In this document: positions 51,033 through 60,836 of the stretch, piece by piece
Layout: every line of letters begins with the position of its first letter
How positions within the stretch are numbered: the stretch's first letter is position 1
From: an uncultured delta proteobacterium
Lineage (GTDB): Bacteria > Myxococcota > B64-G9
Direction of reading: 5' to 3'
DNA: 64,000 bases
Assembly (NCBI GenBank): GCA_963754925.1
Contig: CAVWHX010000003.1
Span: 192,001-256,000 of the forward strand
Program-made: the position numbers and the translations under genes
Notes under the pieces: generated by a model
The model's database searches: none
What the model was told of the DNA's origin: nothing
Seen by the model: the letters and a program-made list of their open reading frames with translations, nothing else

Positions 51033-51297
51033 GAGCGGCTCCCGGCAACACGAGTTCTTTTTCGTCAATCATCTTTCACCGTAGCGTAGATTAGGTGACT
51101 CCATACATCGATCGCGATTATTACAAGCCTCGTCCCTTCAGTCAACGTATAGCGGAAAACGGGTGAAATATTTCCAGTTGACAGCCTGTCTTCCTTAGGC
51201 TATCTATATTTCCTGTTAATATTGCTTAGATTACCCAAGGCAAAAGTTACGATACGGTGTTCCTAACCTTTTATTTTCTCATACCAGAGGAGAACGT

Positions 51298-51573
51298 ATG
51301 ACCAAAGCCGAACTGATAACCGCCGTGACCAATACCGTGGGACGCGACCTCAGCAAACGGGCTGTTGAAGAGATCATCAACGCTCTTTTCCAACAGCTCC
51401 GTGTAGGATTGAAGAAGCGCAAGCGTATTGCCTTTCCGGGCTTCGGCATTTTCGTCGTCAGAAAGCGCGCAGCCCGCACGGGCCGGAACCCGCGTACCAA
51501 CCAAGAGATCCGCATTCCGGCCAAGCAAACGGTGGTATTCAGACCATCCAAAGCTTTCAAAGCCTCCTTGTAA
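51298..51573 (+). CDS. hup: HU-family DNA-binding protein
   Basis: MTKAELI...GFGIF...ARTGRNPRT...FRPSK. Confidence 0.92.
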   Translation: MTKAELITAVTNTVGRDLSKRAVEEIINALFQQLRVGLKKRKRIAFPGFGIFVVRKRAARTGRNPRTNQEIRIPAKQTVVFRPSKAFKASL

Positions 51574-51672
51574 TCGCATCTCAACCGATCAAGTGATACA
51601 TTACCGGTGACCTGGTACTTGAAAAGCGAAGCCAAGTCAGAGGCATTGCTTGGATCTCGGAAGCAAAAGGAT

Positions 51673-54272
51673 ATGATCGAGCAGTCCACCAGTAATACGC
51701 ATCACATTCTTCCAGCGTTAGGGATGCACGACTCCTATGGCCCGTTGTTGCGGGCGTTTTTTAAACAGTTCTTCGACCAAATTAAATTTCCTCCCGAGGC
51801 GGCCGAGCGTATTCGCGAACTGGCAACACAGGGACCGCTGGTATACCTGGCTCGTTCGTCCAATGTATTGCACCTCTTATATCTCAATTACCTTTGTCTG
51901 AAACAAAACTTTCCCTTGGCGCGCTTCGTGGAAGGTGTTGACCCTATCTTTTTGCAACCGGTCGGCATCTTGCTGCGGCGCATGCGCACCCTCAGCGACG
52001 AAAGCCAAGGAGATCTTGAAGCCGAGGGCGAAGATCTCCCTCAGCGCCAATTAGCCGAGACCGTGTCCTCTGGTCAGTCCGCCTTACTGTGCCTCGATCG
52101 GCCGAACACCCTGATGAGCCCGAAGGAGCAACCGCAAAAAGATCTCCTCGCCGTGGTGCTCAAGATTCAAACCCAACTACAAAAGCCAATCTTTCTCCTA
52201 CCGCATGTCATTATCTGGAACAAACACCCCGAACGCGAAGCTAAAAATGTGGCCGATACCATTTTCGGTGTGCCCGAGGCGCCCGGGTTGCTGCGTTCGT
52301 TGTACCTCTTGCTGCGCTTTAATCGCTTGATGCAGGTTAAGTTTGCCGAACCGATCAACCTAGCCGACTTTTTAAAGAGCAATCGTCAGGCGATCCCGAC
52401 GTGTGGTCATCAAGGCTGCAACGGGTCCTTGCCGAGCGTCTGTCTCTGGAAGTGCTCGAGGTCACCGGTCCCCGCATACGCCCCCCCGCCGAATTTAAGC
52501 GTGAGATCCTCTCAGACGAGCGCATTCAACAGGTCATTCATTCCACCAGTAACGGCGATGAGGCTCGTGCCGAGGCCCTGCGCAAGCAGGCTCATGACCA
52601 AGTCGACGAGATCGCGGCTGAGCCGCGTATCCTATGGCCAATATACTTCGACAAGACCCTCAACCTCTTCTGGAAGCGCATTTTTGAAGGTATCGTGGTT
52701 GACGAGGAAGGGTTCGATAAAATTCGTAACGCCATCCGCCGCGCTCCCGTCGTTTTTTGCCCAAGCCATAAGAGCCATGTCGACTATCTCATTCTCAGTC
52801 AGCTCTGCCTGAGATACTTGCTGCCGCTCCCGCACATAGCCGCCGGGGAGAACTTATCCTTTTGGCCTCTGGGTCCAGTCTTCCGCCATTCCGGCGCATT
52901 CTTTATGCGCCGCTCGTTCAAAGGCGACCCACTCTACCCGGTGGTGTTCCGCACCTACCTACGCCACGTCATGAAGGAAGGATTTCCGATTGAGTTTTTC
53001 ATCGAGGGTGGCCGCAGCCGCACGGGTAAGCTCTTGACTCCTCGGTACGGGATCCTCTCGTGGCTGCTACAAGCATTCTCGGAAGGTACCGCCCCCGATC
53101 TCCAGTTTATCCCTATTTCGATCGATTACGAAAAGGTTGTTGAGAGCCGCGCGTACCTGCAGGAACTCAAGGGCGGTGAAAAATCGCAAGAGAATGTTGC
53201 CAACCTGGTTAAGTCGGGCAGCGCCCTTAAATCAAAATATGGGAAAATATATGTCCAGATTGGCGATACGATATCAGTCCGCGACATATTGGGAAACAAG
53301 TCGGGGGAGATCAGCTTAACCGAGGAGCAACGCCGCGATCTTACGCAGGAGCTGGCCCACGAGATTTTATTTAATATCAACCAGGTGACGACGGTCACCC
53401 CCTCGGCCCTCCTGGCGTTTTGTCTGCTGACGCACCGGCGGCGGGGCGTATCGCAAGAAGACTTGCTCGAACGCACTCTGTGGGCCGCCGCATGGATTCG
53501 TCACAGAGGACCGGCTCGTTTTTCGCACACCTTGGGTGACTTTAAACGCGCACTGATTGAGGCGGCGACGCGTTTCTCACATGATGGGCTGATCCGTATC
53601 CAGGACACCGGATTCGAGCTGGTTTACTCGCCGGTCGAGCAAAAGCGTCTGGCGCTAGATTTTTATCGCAACAACCTTATCCACCATTTTGTGCCGGCCG
53701 GGATCTTTGCACTCGCATTGGAGTCCTTCACGGTCGCGGTTGTTCCGATGGAGGCCTTGCGCGAGCGCATTCGCGACCTGTTTGAGTTGTTTCGATTTGA
53801 GTTTCTGTTCCGTTCCGAGAAGCACTTTGAAAATCAGGTCCAGGAAGCCAAGCGCGATCTGCTCAACGAAGGGGTTATCCGTGAGGAGGCTGAATTCGTG
53901 GTTAAGGTGCCCGAGGCCATCGAGCGGCGGATGCTTTTTAAAGCGGCGCTCGAACATTTCGTCGAAGCCTATTGGCTGGCGGCACGCAGCCTCATCTTTC
54001 TCTTGGAGGAACCGCTGACCGAGAAAGATTTTTTGGTAAAAGCCATGCGTCTCGGTGACCGGCTCTATGTGCAAGGCGAGTTGCTGCTCGCCGAATCCAT
54101 CTCACGTGATGTTCTGCGAAATGCCGTGCAGCTTTTCACCCAGCGCAGGGTGATCGGCATTCGATCGGCCGAGGGCCGCAAAGGGCCATTGCTTACGGTG
54201 CAGCCACCGTACAACTCTTCCGAGGCACTCTCTCGTATCGTCGCCGAGATCGAACGATACCACAAAGGTTAG
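51673..54272 (+). CDS. plsB: Glycerol-3-phosphate O-acyltransferase PlsB-like, frameshifted near 52390
   Basis: HKSHVD (HxxxxD), GAFFMRRSF, FFIEGGRSRTGK, IPISIDY; the 51607 and 52401 ORFs join with one added base. Confidence 0.85.
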
Positions 54273-54539
54273 AGACTGTTAGCTCGCGGAGCGAGCTTAC
54301 AGTCTCTTATCCCTGGAGCGAAGCGACAGGGGTTAGAGGATATCGTGTACGCAGGGAGTTACGGTCTCTTACCCCTAAAGGGGTAAGAGATTCTAAGCCT
54401 CGCGCCCCTAAAGGGACAAGAGATTGTCCGGTGGATAAGAGTTTGTAATCCTCACTTCGTTCGTCAACAATCTCTTATATACCTCGCTCAGCTTTGCTTT
54501 GCTCGCTACAATCTCTAGTTGCTCGGCAAGAATCTCTTA
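54270..54539. repeat. Cluster of nested short inverted repeats (TAAGAGA[C/T]TGT core)
   Basis: Nine core copies in both orientations between the convergent plsB and MCP genes. Confidence 0.85.
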
Positions 54540-56780
54540 CACTTTGAAGTCACCGATCCCGCCCTGAAGCAGCTTGCTTTTTTCTTCCAGGGCCTGGGTC
54601 AGTTCACCGATCTCCGCTGCCGTGCGCTGATGGTTATTGGCCATTGCGCCGATCTGTTCTGCGGCATGGAGGACGCCCTCAGTAACCGTTGATTGTTCCG
54701 TGAGAGCCTTTGCGGCGCGGTTTACGGCCTCGCTGATAGAGGCCACGGCCGTCACGGACTGACGGTTTTCTTGGGCTTGTTGGTTAACTTGCTTGCCCAG
54801 CGTCTGGGTGGTCTTGAGCGTCTCGCGGAAAGCCGTTTGGAGATCCACGCCGATCTGCGACCGTTCCGAGGCGGCTTTAGAAATGATCTGCGCCATATCG
54901 GCAAGTTTATTGATTTCACCACTCACCAGCGAGCTCGAACGCGCCTGTCCGTCGGTGTAATTCGCAATGGTCCCAACATTCTCGGCGGCCTTCTGGACAC
55001 TCACCAGGATCTGGTTAAGTGAGTTGCCCGCTTGTTGGGCCAGCGCTACCCCCTCATTGACGATCGCTCCGCCGCTCCGGATGACCTTGATTGCTTCTTC
55101 GGAGGCGCCTTGAATTCCCGCTATCATTTGGCCGATCTCGCGCGTCGAGGAAGAGGTCCGTTCGGCCAACGAACGAATCTCGTCAGCGACCACGGCAAAA
55201 CCACGCCCATGCTCACCAGCTTGCGCGGCGATGATAGCCGCATTCAGGGCCAGCAAGTTGGTCTGGTCTGCGATCTCTTGAATTACCACCAAGATTCCGC
55301 CGATCGCCTCGACATGGGTACCCAGCCCGACGATCACATTGGAAGCCTCGCCGGTGGAAGCCACGATGCGATCCATACCTTCGATGGTTCGACGCACCGA
55401 TGCCGCGCCGTTTTGGGCCATGTCGATAGCCACCTGGGCGATTTGAGCCGTGTCGTTGGCGCTGCTGGAAACCATCGAAATCGAACGTTCCATGTCCGCC
55501 AGAGATTGGGCGGAGCGGGTGACGCCCTCGGTGAGCGTCTCCATGTTGGCAGCCGTTTCGGGAATCGAATGCGTAAAACGCTCAACGAGCTCGCCGGTCT
55601 GCGATACGGTCGTCTGTAAGGTGTTCATGTCGCTCTGCACGCTCGCGAAACCTTCACCAACTTTAGTGGATGCTTCTATCGCTTCTTGGGATAAGTGGGT
55701 CAAGGCCTGTACGGTTTCGGAGAGCATCTGCACATTCTGGCTAAGTTCCCCGAGAGATCTGGTCGCGCTTTCGGCCGAACGGAGCTGGAGATTAGAATCC
55801 GAAGAAATTGCCGAGGTCTTCTGCAGCAGCTGGCTGCCGGCGCTCGCGACAGCGTTGAACAATTCGTTGATTACGGTCACCAGCCGACGAACGTTTTCAA
55901 CCATGGTCTGCAGATTTGCTCTCAGCGTCCCGAGCTCGTCGTCCCCGACCACCGGCATAGCGGCCGAGAGATCGCCCTTGCTCATTTCGGTAGTTATCCG
56001 AACCAGGTTTTGTATATTGCCGTCGATGCTCGTCACCACTATCACGCCGGTGCTTGACGCAATCACCGCAGTCACCAAAAAGACGACGACCATCAGACTG
56101 AATAATGAGCCGTTCGCGGCATCCGCATTCAGCTTGGCGGCGCCCACGCTCGAAAGCAACTGATCCGCCCCAATATACGCCATCGAGCAAACGACCAGGG
56201 TCGGGAGGACCGCGAGTGAAAGCCCCATGATCATCAACTTCACTTTTAAAGAAATCCGCTGGCTGAACTGACCGTTGATCGGATAGCCGGCGGCCAGCTC
56301 CTGAGTCTCACCCACCCATTTCTGAGTCAAGACCAAACAGCACGTACCCATGAACATGGCGTCAAAGAGTCCCATGACAATCATGAAGAAGATTAATCCG
56401 CTGGGGGCGCCGACAATGCCTTGCACCATAAACCCGGTGACCGGCAGTACAAGAATTGGCCCTAGAATGCCCATCAACCCGACCTTGCGGTAGAGCCCCT
56501 GCGCCTCCGATACCACCCTCGTATCCGCTCGATCGGATCGTTTAGCCCGAACGAATCCGACCAACGTTTGGCAAAGCCCTCGCACGCGCCAGATCGAAAG
56601 AGCAGCAACACCGGCAGCACCTATTAAGAGGATAAACGTAAAATAGGTTTTCTGGTCACTGCTGAGAGAAAAAACCTGAAAAGCCAAGCCAAGAGACACC
56701 AAAGAGACAACGCACCAAAGACCAACAATAAGGGCTGTAAGTCTGCTCTGTAACTGGTGGCCTGAATTCACCTCGGGCAC
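54537..56780 (-). CDS. Methyl-accepting chemotaxis protein
   Basis: Multi-TM N-terminus, HAMP (GDL...DELG), [31 protein letters not shown] hairpin tip. Confidence 0.95.
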   Translation of the reverse strand: MPEVNSGHQLQSRLTALIVGLWCVVSLVSLGLAFQVFSLSSDQKTYFTFILLIGAAGVAALSIWRVRGLCQTLVGFVRAKRSDRADTRVVSEAQGLYRKVGLMGILGPILVLPVTGFMVQGIVGAPSGLIFFMIVMGLFDAMFMGTCCLVLTQKWVGETQELAAGYPINGQFSQRISLKVKLMIMGLSLAVLPTLVVCSMAYIGADQLLSSVGAAKLNADAANGSLFSLMVVVFLVTAVIASSTGVIVVTSIDGNIQNLVRITTEMSKGDLSAAMPVVGDDELGTLRANLQTMVENVRRLVTVINELFNAVASAGSQLLQKTSAISSDSNLQLRSAESATRSLGELSQNVQMLSETVQALTHLSQEAIEASTKVGEGFASVQSDMNTLQTTVSQTGELVERFTHSIPETAANMETLTEGVTRSAQSLADMERSISMVSSSANDTAQIAQVAIDMAQNGAASVRRTIEGMDRIVASTGEASNVIVGLGTHVEAIGGILVVIQEIADQTNLLALNAAIIAAQAGEHGRGFAVVADEIRSLAERTSSSTREIGQMIAGIQGASEEAIKVIRSGGAIVNEGVALAQQAGNSLNQILVSVQKAAENVGTIANYTDGQARSSSLVSGEINKLADMAQIISKAASERSQIGVDLQTAFRETLKTTQTLGKQVNQQAQENRQSVTAVASISEAVNRAAKALTEQSTVTEGVLHAAEQIGAMANNHQRTAAEIGELTQALEEKSKLLQGGIGDFKV

Positions 56781-56986
56781 GGCGCCCCCTTTGTGAACGG
56801 TAGGATTTCATTGTACTTAAAGCCACGAGCCTGTCAAACTATCGTAATCGTCTTCAAAAGTACCGAAGAAAAAGTGCGTTCGTTGTTTTTTGTGTTATAG
56901 TACTTTAAGAAATACCAAGGGATTAATAGTCACATAGTATTTCGTATTGTCAGTTTCAATACGGAGCTACCGTGTAGGAGACCGGC

Positions 56987-57532
56987 GTGAGGGTAAAGGG
57001 TTCGATTTTTGTCGAATTTGTGAAGACTATACGAGCCAACAAAACCGGCGTTTTCGATACGTACCTGACACCTGAAGATCGGGAAATCATCAGCCAAAGA
57101 ATCTTACCTAATATCTGGTATCCCTACGAAACGTTCAGGCACTGTTTAACGGCGGTTTATGAAGTTATTGGAAAAAAGGACCTTGAGGCTGTTAAGGAAT
57201 GGGGCCGGCTATACGGCCAGGCCCTCATGACCACGTTGTATGTGGGCATCTTAAAAAAGGGTAGTCCACTTACCTATATCAAAAGGATTAGCGTTCTTGT
57301 TCGGAACTTTTTTGATTTCGGCAGGGTGGAAATCGTCTTAGAGTCGGAAACCCAAGCTGTTTACAAAATTTTTGATTTTGATCCGCAGTATGCTCCTGTC
57401 CATTGCATGCTCATTGGATGGATAGAGCGAACCACGGAAATATGTGGGGCGAAAAATCTTAAGTGCGAGACGCTAAGTAAAAGTTGGGAAGGAGCCGCCT
57501 GCACCTCAACACGTCTTTCCTGGGACACCTAA
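56987..57532 (+). CDS. TIGR02265/DUF2378-like protein, paralogue 4
   Basis: MRVKGSIF...ILPNIWYPYE...WGR...GWIERTTEICGAKNLK...LSW. Confidence 0.75.
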   Translation: MRVKGSIFVEFVKTIRANKTGVFDTYLTPEDREIISQRILPNIWYPYETFRHCLTAVYEVIGKKDLEAVKEWGRLYGQALMTTLYVGILKKGSPLTYIKRISVLVRNFFDFGRVEIVLESETQAVYKIFDFDPQYAPVHCMLIGWIERTTEICGAKNLKCETLSKSWEGAACTSTRLSWDT

Positions 57533-57544
57533 TCTGATTCTCTG

Positions 57545-58732
57545 TCACGGTCCTCTATTACGCCCGTAGGTTTCATGACTGTCAACCCATTCACTGGTCC
57601 GAGCCAATGTATCAACTTCCACCGCGGTCATGAGAGAAATTTCACCTGCCAGCACTGTTGCCGCAACAATTTCGGCGAATTTCTTCACCTTGCCTTTTCC
57701 GTAACAGTCAAGCATTTCCAGACATTCTCTTTGCGTTGCAAGTCCGGTCCCTCCGCCGTAGGTTGCGACTATCAGAGATGGAATGGTTATGGAATAGTAG
57801 AAATCTCCCTCCTTGGTGGTTTCCGCATACGCAATTGCCGCCGAAGATTCAGAAACATTTGCTACGTCCTGCCCGGTAGCAATAAACATCGCCGTAATAG
57901 CGTTGGCGGAATGAAGCCCATTATTGACAGCGCCAGACATGAAACTGCCAATGGTAGAAACCCTCAGACCGTATTGAAGCCGAAACGGAGAGGAGTTCAT
58001 CTCACGTCTCACGATTTCTTGCGGTATGGTGACCTCGGCCGTGACCCGCTTGCCTCTTGTCCGAAGGGAATTAATCATGGAGGCCTTTTTATCGGTGGCA
58101 AAGTTTGAATCCAGTATATAGTTTCTTGCGGGGGAGTAATTGGCACGTATCCATTCACAGGCAAAAAATGTAGCTTTTCCGGTCATGTTCTGACCTGCAG
58201 CATCACCGGTCGTAAAATTAAAACGAAGGAACAAAAACTTGCCGGCATGGTACTGTTCAATGTCGATGAGTTTGCCGATTTTTGTGGTTGCTTCCGCTTG
58301 GTTTTTAATTTCACTAAAGTTCTCTTTTAACCAGACGCCGAAGTCGCGCGCTTGCCGAGCATCTTTGAAGATAAAAACAGGCGCACGTTGCATTGCATCC
58401 CCTGAAATCGTTGTTCGTATGCCCCCGCTCATGGAGGTAATCTTCATACCTCGGTTATAACTCGCAACGAGGGTTCCTTCTGTGGTTGCAAGCGGTACAT
58501 AGAACTCTCCCTGTGCGTGTTCCCCCTGTATAAGAATTGGTCCGGCAATCCCCATAGGCACCTGCGCCACGCCAATAAAGTTCTCTATATTTCCAGGCAA
58601 CATACCAGGATCAAAGGAATAGTTCTTGGTATGAATCAATTTTTTCCCAGTTTTTCCCTCTAGAAATTCCTGACGCTTTTTCGCCATTTCATCTGAGTAA
58701 TCATTATTTCTGGATCGTGGAATTTTTTCCAT
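57545..58732 (-). CDS. HMG-CoA reductase (class I-like catalytic domain)
   Basis: ENFIG, PLATTEGTLVAS, TGDAAGQNM, ATGQD, TYGGGT, C-terminal His (SHETYGR). Confidence 0.88.
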   Translation of the reverse strand: MEKIPRSRNNDYSDEMAKKRQEFLEGKTGKKLIHTKNYSFDPGMLPGNIENFIGVAQVPMGIAGPILIQGEHAQGEFYVPLATTEGTLVASYNRGMKITSMSGGIRTTISGDAMQRAPVFIFKDARQARDFGVWLKENFSEIKNQAEATTKIGKLIDIEQYHAGKFLFLRFNFTTGDAAGQNMTGKATFFACEWIRANYSPARNYILDSNFATDKKASMINSLRTRGKRVTAEVTIPQEIVRREMNSSPFRLQYGLRVSTIGSFMSGAVNNGLHSANAITAMFIATGQDVANVSESSAAIAYAETTKEGDFYYSITIPSLIVATYGGGTGLATQRECLEMLDCYGKGKVKKFAEIVAATVLAGEISLMTAVEVDTLARTSEWVDSHETYGRNRGP

Positions 58733-58826
58733 TGGTTGCCCTACTAGTTCAGGTAATTAATATAAAACTTACCATCAACATTAACGATCGCATCGGCAGA
58801 GTCATTATGGGGGGGGTTGGTTAAGG

Positions 58827-60041
58827 TTAACGTTTTTTAGATTTCGTTGAGATGAGTTCTGCAATGCGATCGAGAATGCGGTTGGCAACCACCTCCTTGG
58901 CAAGAAGCGGGAGCTCCTCGTCTCTGTCTTCTTCGACCAGGTAAACCTTGTTGGTATCAACCTCAAAGCCAGACCCGGGCGCCGTCACATCGTTTGCGAC
59001 CACCAAGTTAAGCTTTTTCTGTATTAATTTCGATCTCGCCAAATCAATCGGGTTTTCGGTTTCGGCGGCAAAGCCTACTTTAAAAATCCCCCTTCGGGTA
59101 TTGGCAAGCGAAGCCAATATGTCTTCGGTGGCCTCCCAGGTAATGTATGAAAGGCCTTTTTCCTTTTTTATTTTCTTTTGAGCAATCTTCTGGGGACGAA
59201 AATCAGCAACCGCAGCAACCATCATCAAGACCTCGCAGTCAGCAAGCTTGGCCTTGACGGCCTTGGCCATTTCGGCCGCGCTCATCACCGGCTGCACGGT
59301 AACCCCCCACGGGTACGGGAGAGCCGTGGGCCCAGAGATCAAGGTTACCGCCGCGCCGCGCCGCCGGGCCTCTGATGCAAGAGCATAGCCCATTTTTCCT
59401 GACGATCGGTTTGAGACAAAACGCACCGGATCAAGAGCCTCACGCGTTGGCCCGGCCGTAATTAAAAAACGTTTTCCGCTCAGATCATGCTTGGCAACTA
59501 ACGATCGGGCTATCTCCCAAATAACCAAGGGCTCTTCCATTTTACCGACGCCCTGTTCGTTGCAGGCGAGAAGTCCCGGTTGCGGCCCGGCCCAATAAAA
59601 CCGCTTGTTTTGTTTCAGTCGAGTGACATTCTCTTGAGTGATTGAGTTTTCCCACATACGAACGTTCATGGCCGGGGCTAGCAGGACCGGACAGGTGCTC
59701 GCAAGCACCGTGGTGGTCAACAGGTTGTCGGCCAGGCCGTTTGCTATCTTTGCCAAGGTATTGGCGGTCGTCGGTGCAATTACGATAAGCTGTGCATCGC
59801 GTCCCAGATCGATATGATGCATACCGGCGGCCGCGAGGCGACCTCCCTGGCCTACCTCGGCCGGACGACCGGTCAGGGCTTGAAAGGTAATCGGCCCAAC
59901 AAATTGCGCAGCATAGTCGGTGAGGATTGCCTGCACCACCGCACCGTCTTTAACCAGCAACCGCGCAAGCTCACAGGTGCGGTAGGCTGAAATCCCCCCG
60001 CTCACCCCAAGCACCACCAGTTTGCCGTCGAACGTTCCCAC
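58827..60041 (-). CDS. coaBC: Phosphopantothenoylcysteine decarboxylase/ligase
   Basis: GVSGGISAY, PAMNVRMW, TAGPTREALDPVRFVSNRSSGKMG, GFAAET. Confidence 0.96.
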   Translation of the reverse strand: MGTFDGKLVVLGVSGGISAYRTCELARLLVKDGAVVQAILTDYAAQFVGPITFQALTGRPAEVGQGGRLAAAGMHHIDLGRDAQLIVIAPTTANTLAKIANGLADNLLTTTVLASTCPVLLAPAMNVRMWENSITQENVTRLKQNKRFYWAGPQPGLLACNEQGVGKMEEPLVIWEIARSLVAKHDLSGKRFLITAGPTREALDPVRFVSNRSSGKMGYALASEARRRGAAVTLISGPTALPYPWGVTVQPVMSAAEMAKAVKAKLADCEVLMMVAAVADFRPQKIAQKKIKKEKGLSYITWEATEDILASLANTRRGIFKVGFAAETENPIDLARSKLIQKKLNLVVANDVTAPGSGFEVDTNKVYLVEEDRDEELPLLAKEVVANRILDRIAELISTKSKKR

Positions 60042-60270
60042 GATCAGCTCCTCAACGAGACACGTTCCGTATATAGGTCAATCAACCACAAATCTCAAGT
60101 TATCGCCAGAATTAACGATAGCCGAATGCGTGACCTAATCGTAACATAAGAAAATTATCACTGTCCACGGTGCGCACGATAGTTCGTTGTGCAACCGCAC
60201 GCGGAGCATATACTTCAACCTCATTGAATATTGAATCGTGAGAGCCGAGAAATCCAGGCAGGGAAAAACG

Positions 60271-60561
60271 CTATGCTGATGTCTCGTTCATCCGAGACTT
60301 AAGCACCGGGCTCGCCTTGAAGGTCACTACCCGGCGCGCCGAGATCTCAATTGCCTCGCCTGTTTTTGGGTTGCGCCCGACGCGAGTTTTCTTATTCCGG
60401 GGAGTAAAATTGCCGAATCCGGAGATCTTTAATTTTTCTCCTCGTTCCAGCGTCGCCTTCATGGTTTCGAAGACCATTTCGACAACTTCCGACGCCTGAC
60501 TCTTGGGGAACCCTACCCTCTTGTGCACCTCTTCAACAATGTTAGCCTTGGTCATGGCCAT
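60271..60561 (-). CDS. ihfA: Integration host factor alpha subunit
   Basis: MTKANIV...KISGFGNF...GRNPKTGEAIEISARRVVTFKAS. Confidence 0.88.
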   Translation of the reverse strand: MAMTKANIVEEVHKRVGFPKSQASEVVEMVFETMKATLERGEKLKISGFGNFTPRNKKTRVGRNPKTGEAIEISARRVVTFKASPVLKSRMNETSA

Positions 60562-60836
60562 GGTCTCACTCCTTGTCAAAAGAGGTAACTTTTCCTCTAT
60601 GTGCGGTTCTATATGACAAATCTCGTCACGATGCAAGGAAAATCTTCTTGTTTCTCGGTATCAATTTATCGTGATTCGTCTTCAAACCACGATGAGCGGC
60701 GCACCCTTTTCACAACACATCGCTCCCCTCTGATATCAGGCCATTTTTTGACGATTCCTGAAGCTTTAATGAATTGAATTACCATAAGAAATTATCTTAA
60801 TAGTGTTCTCAGATAAAACGGATTGCCCCCGTCTAC

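Noticed and set aside
54270..54539. Repeat cluster as a mini-CRISPR
   Set aside because: The cores are ~11 bp, in both orientations and nested, rather than tandem direct repeats with unique spacers
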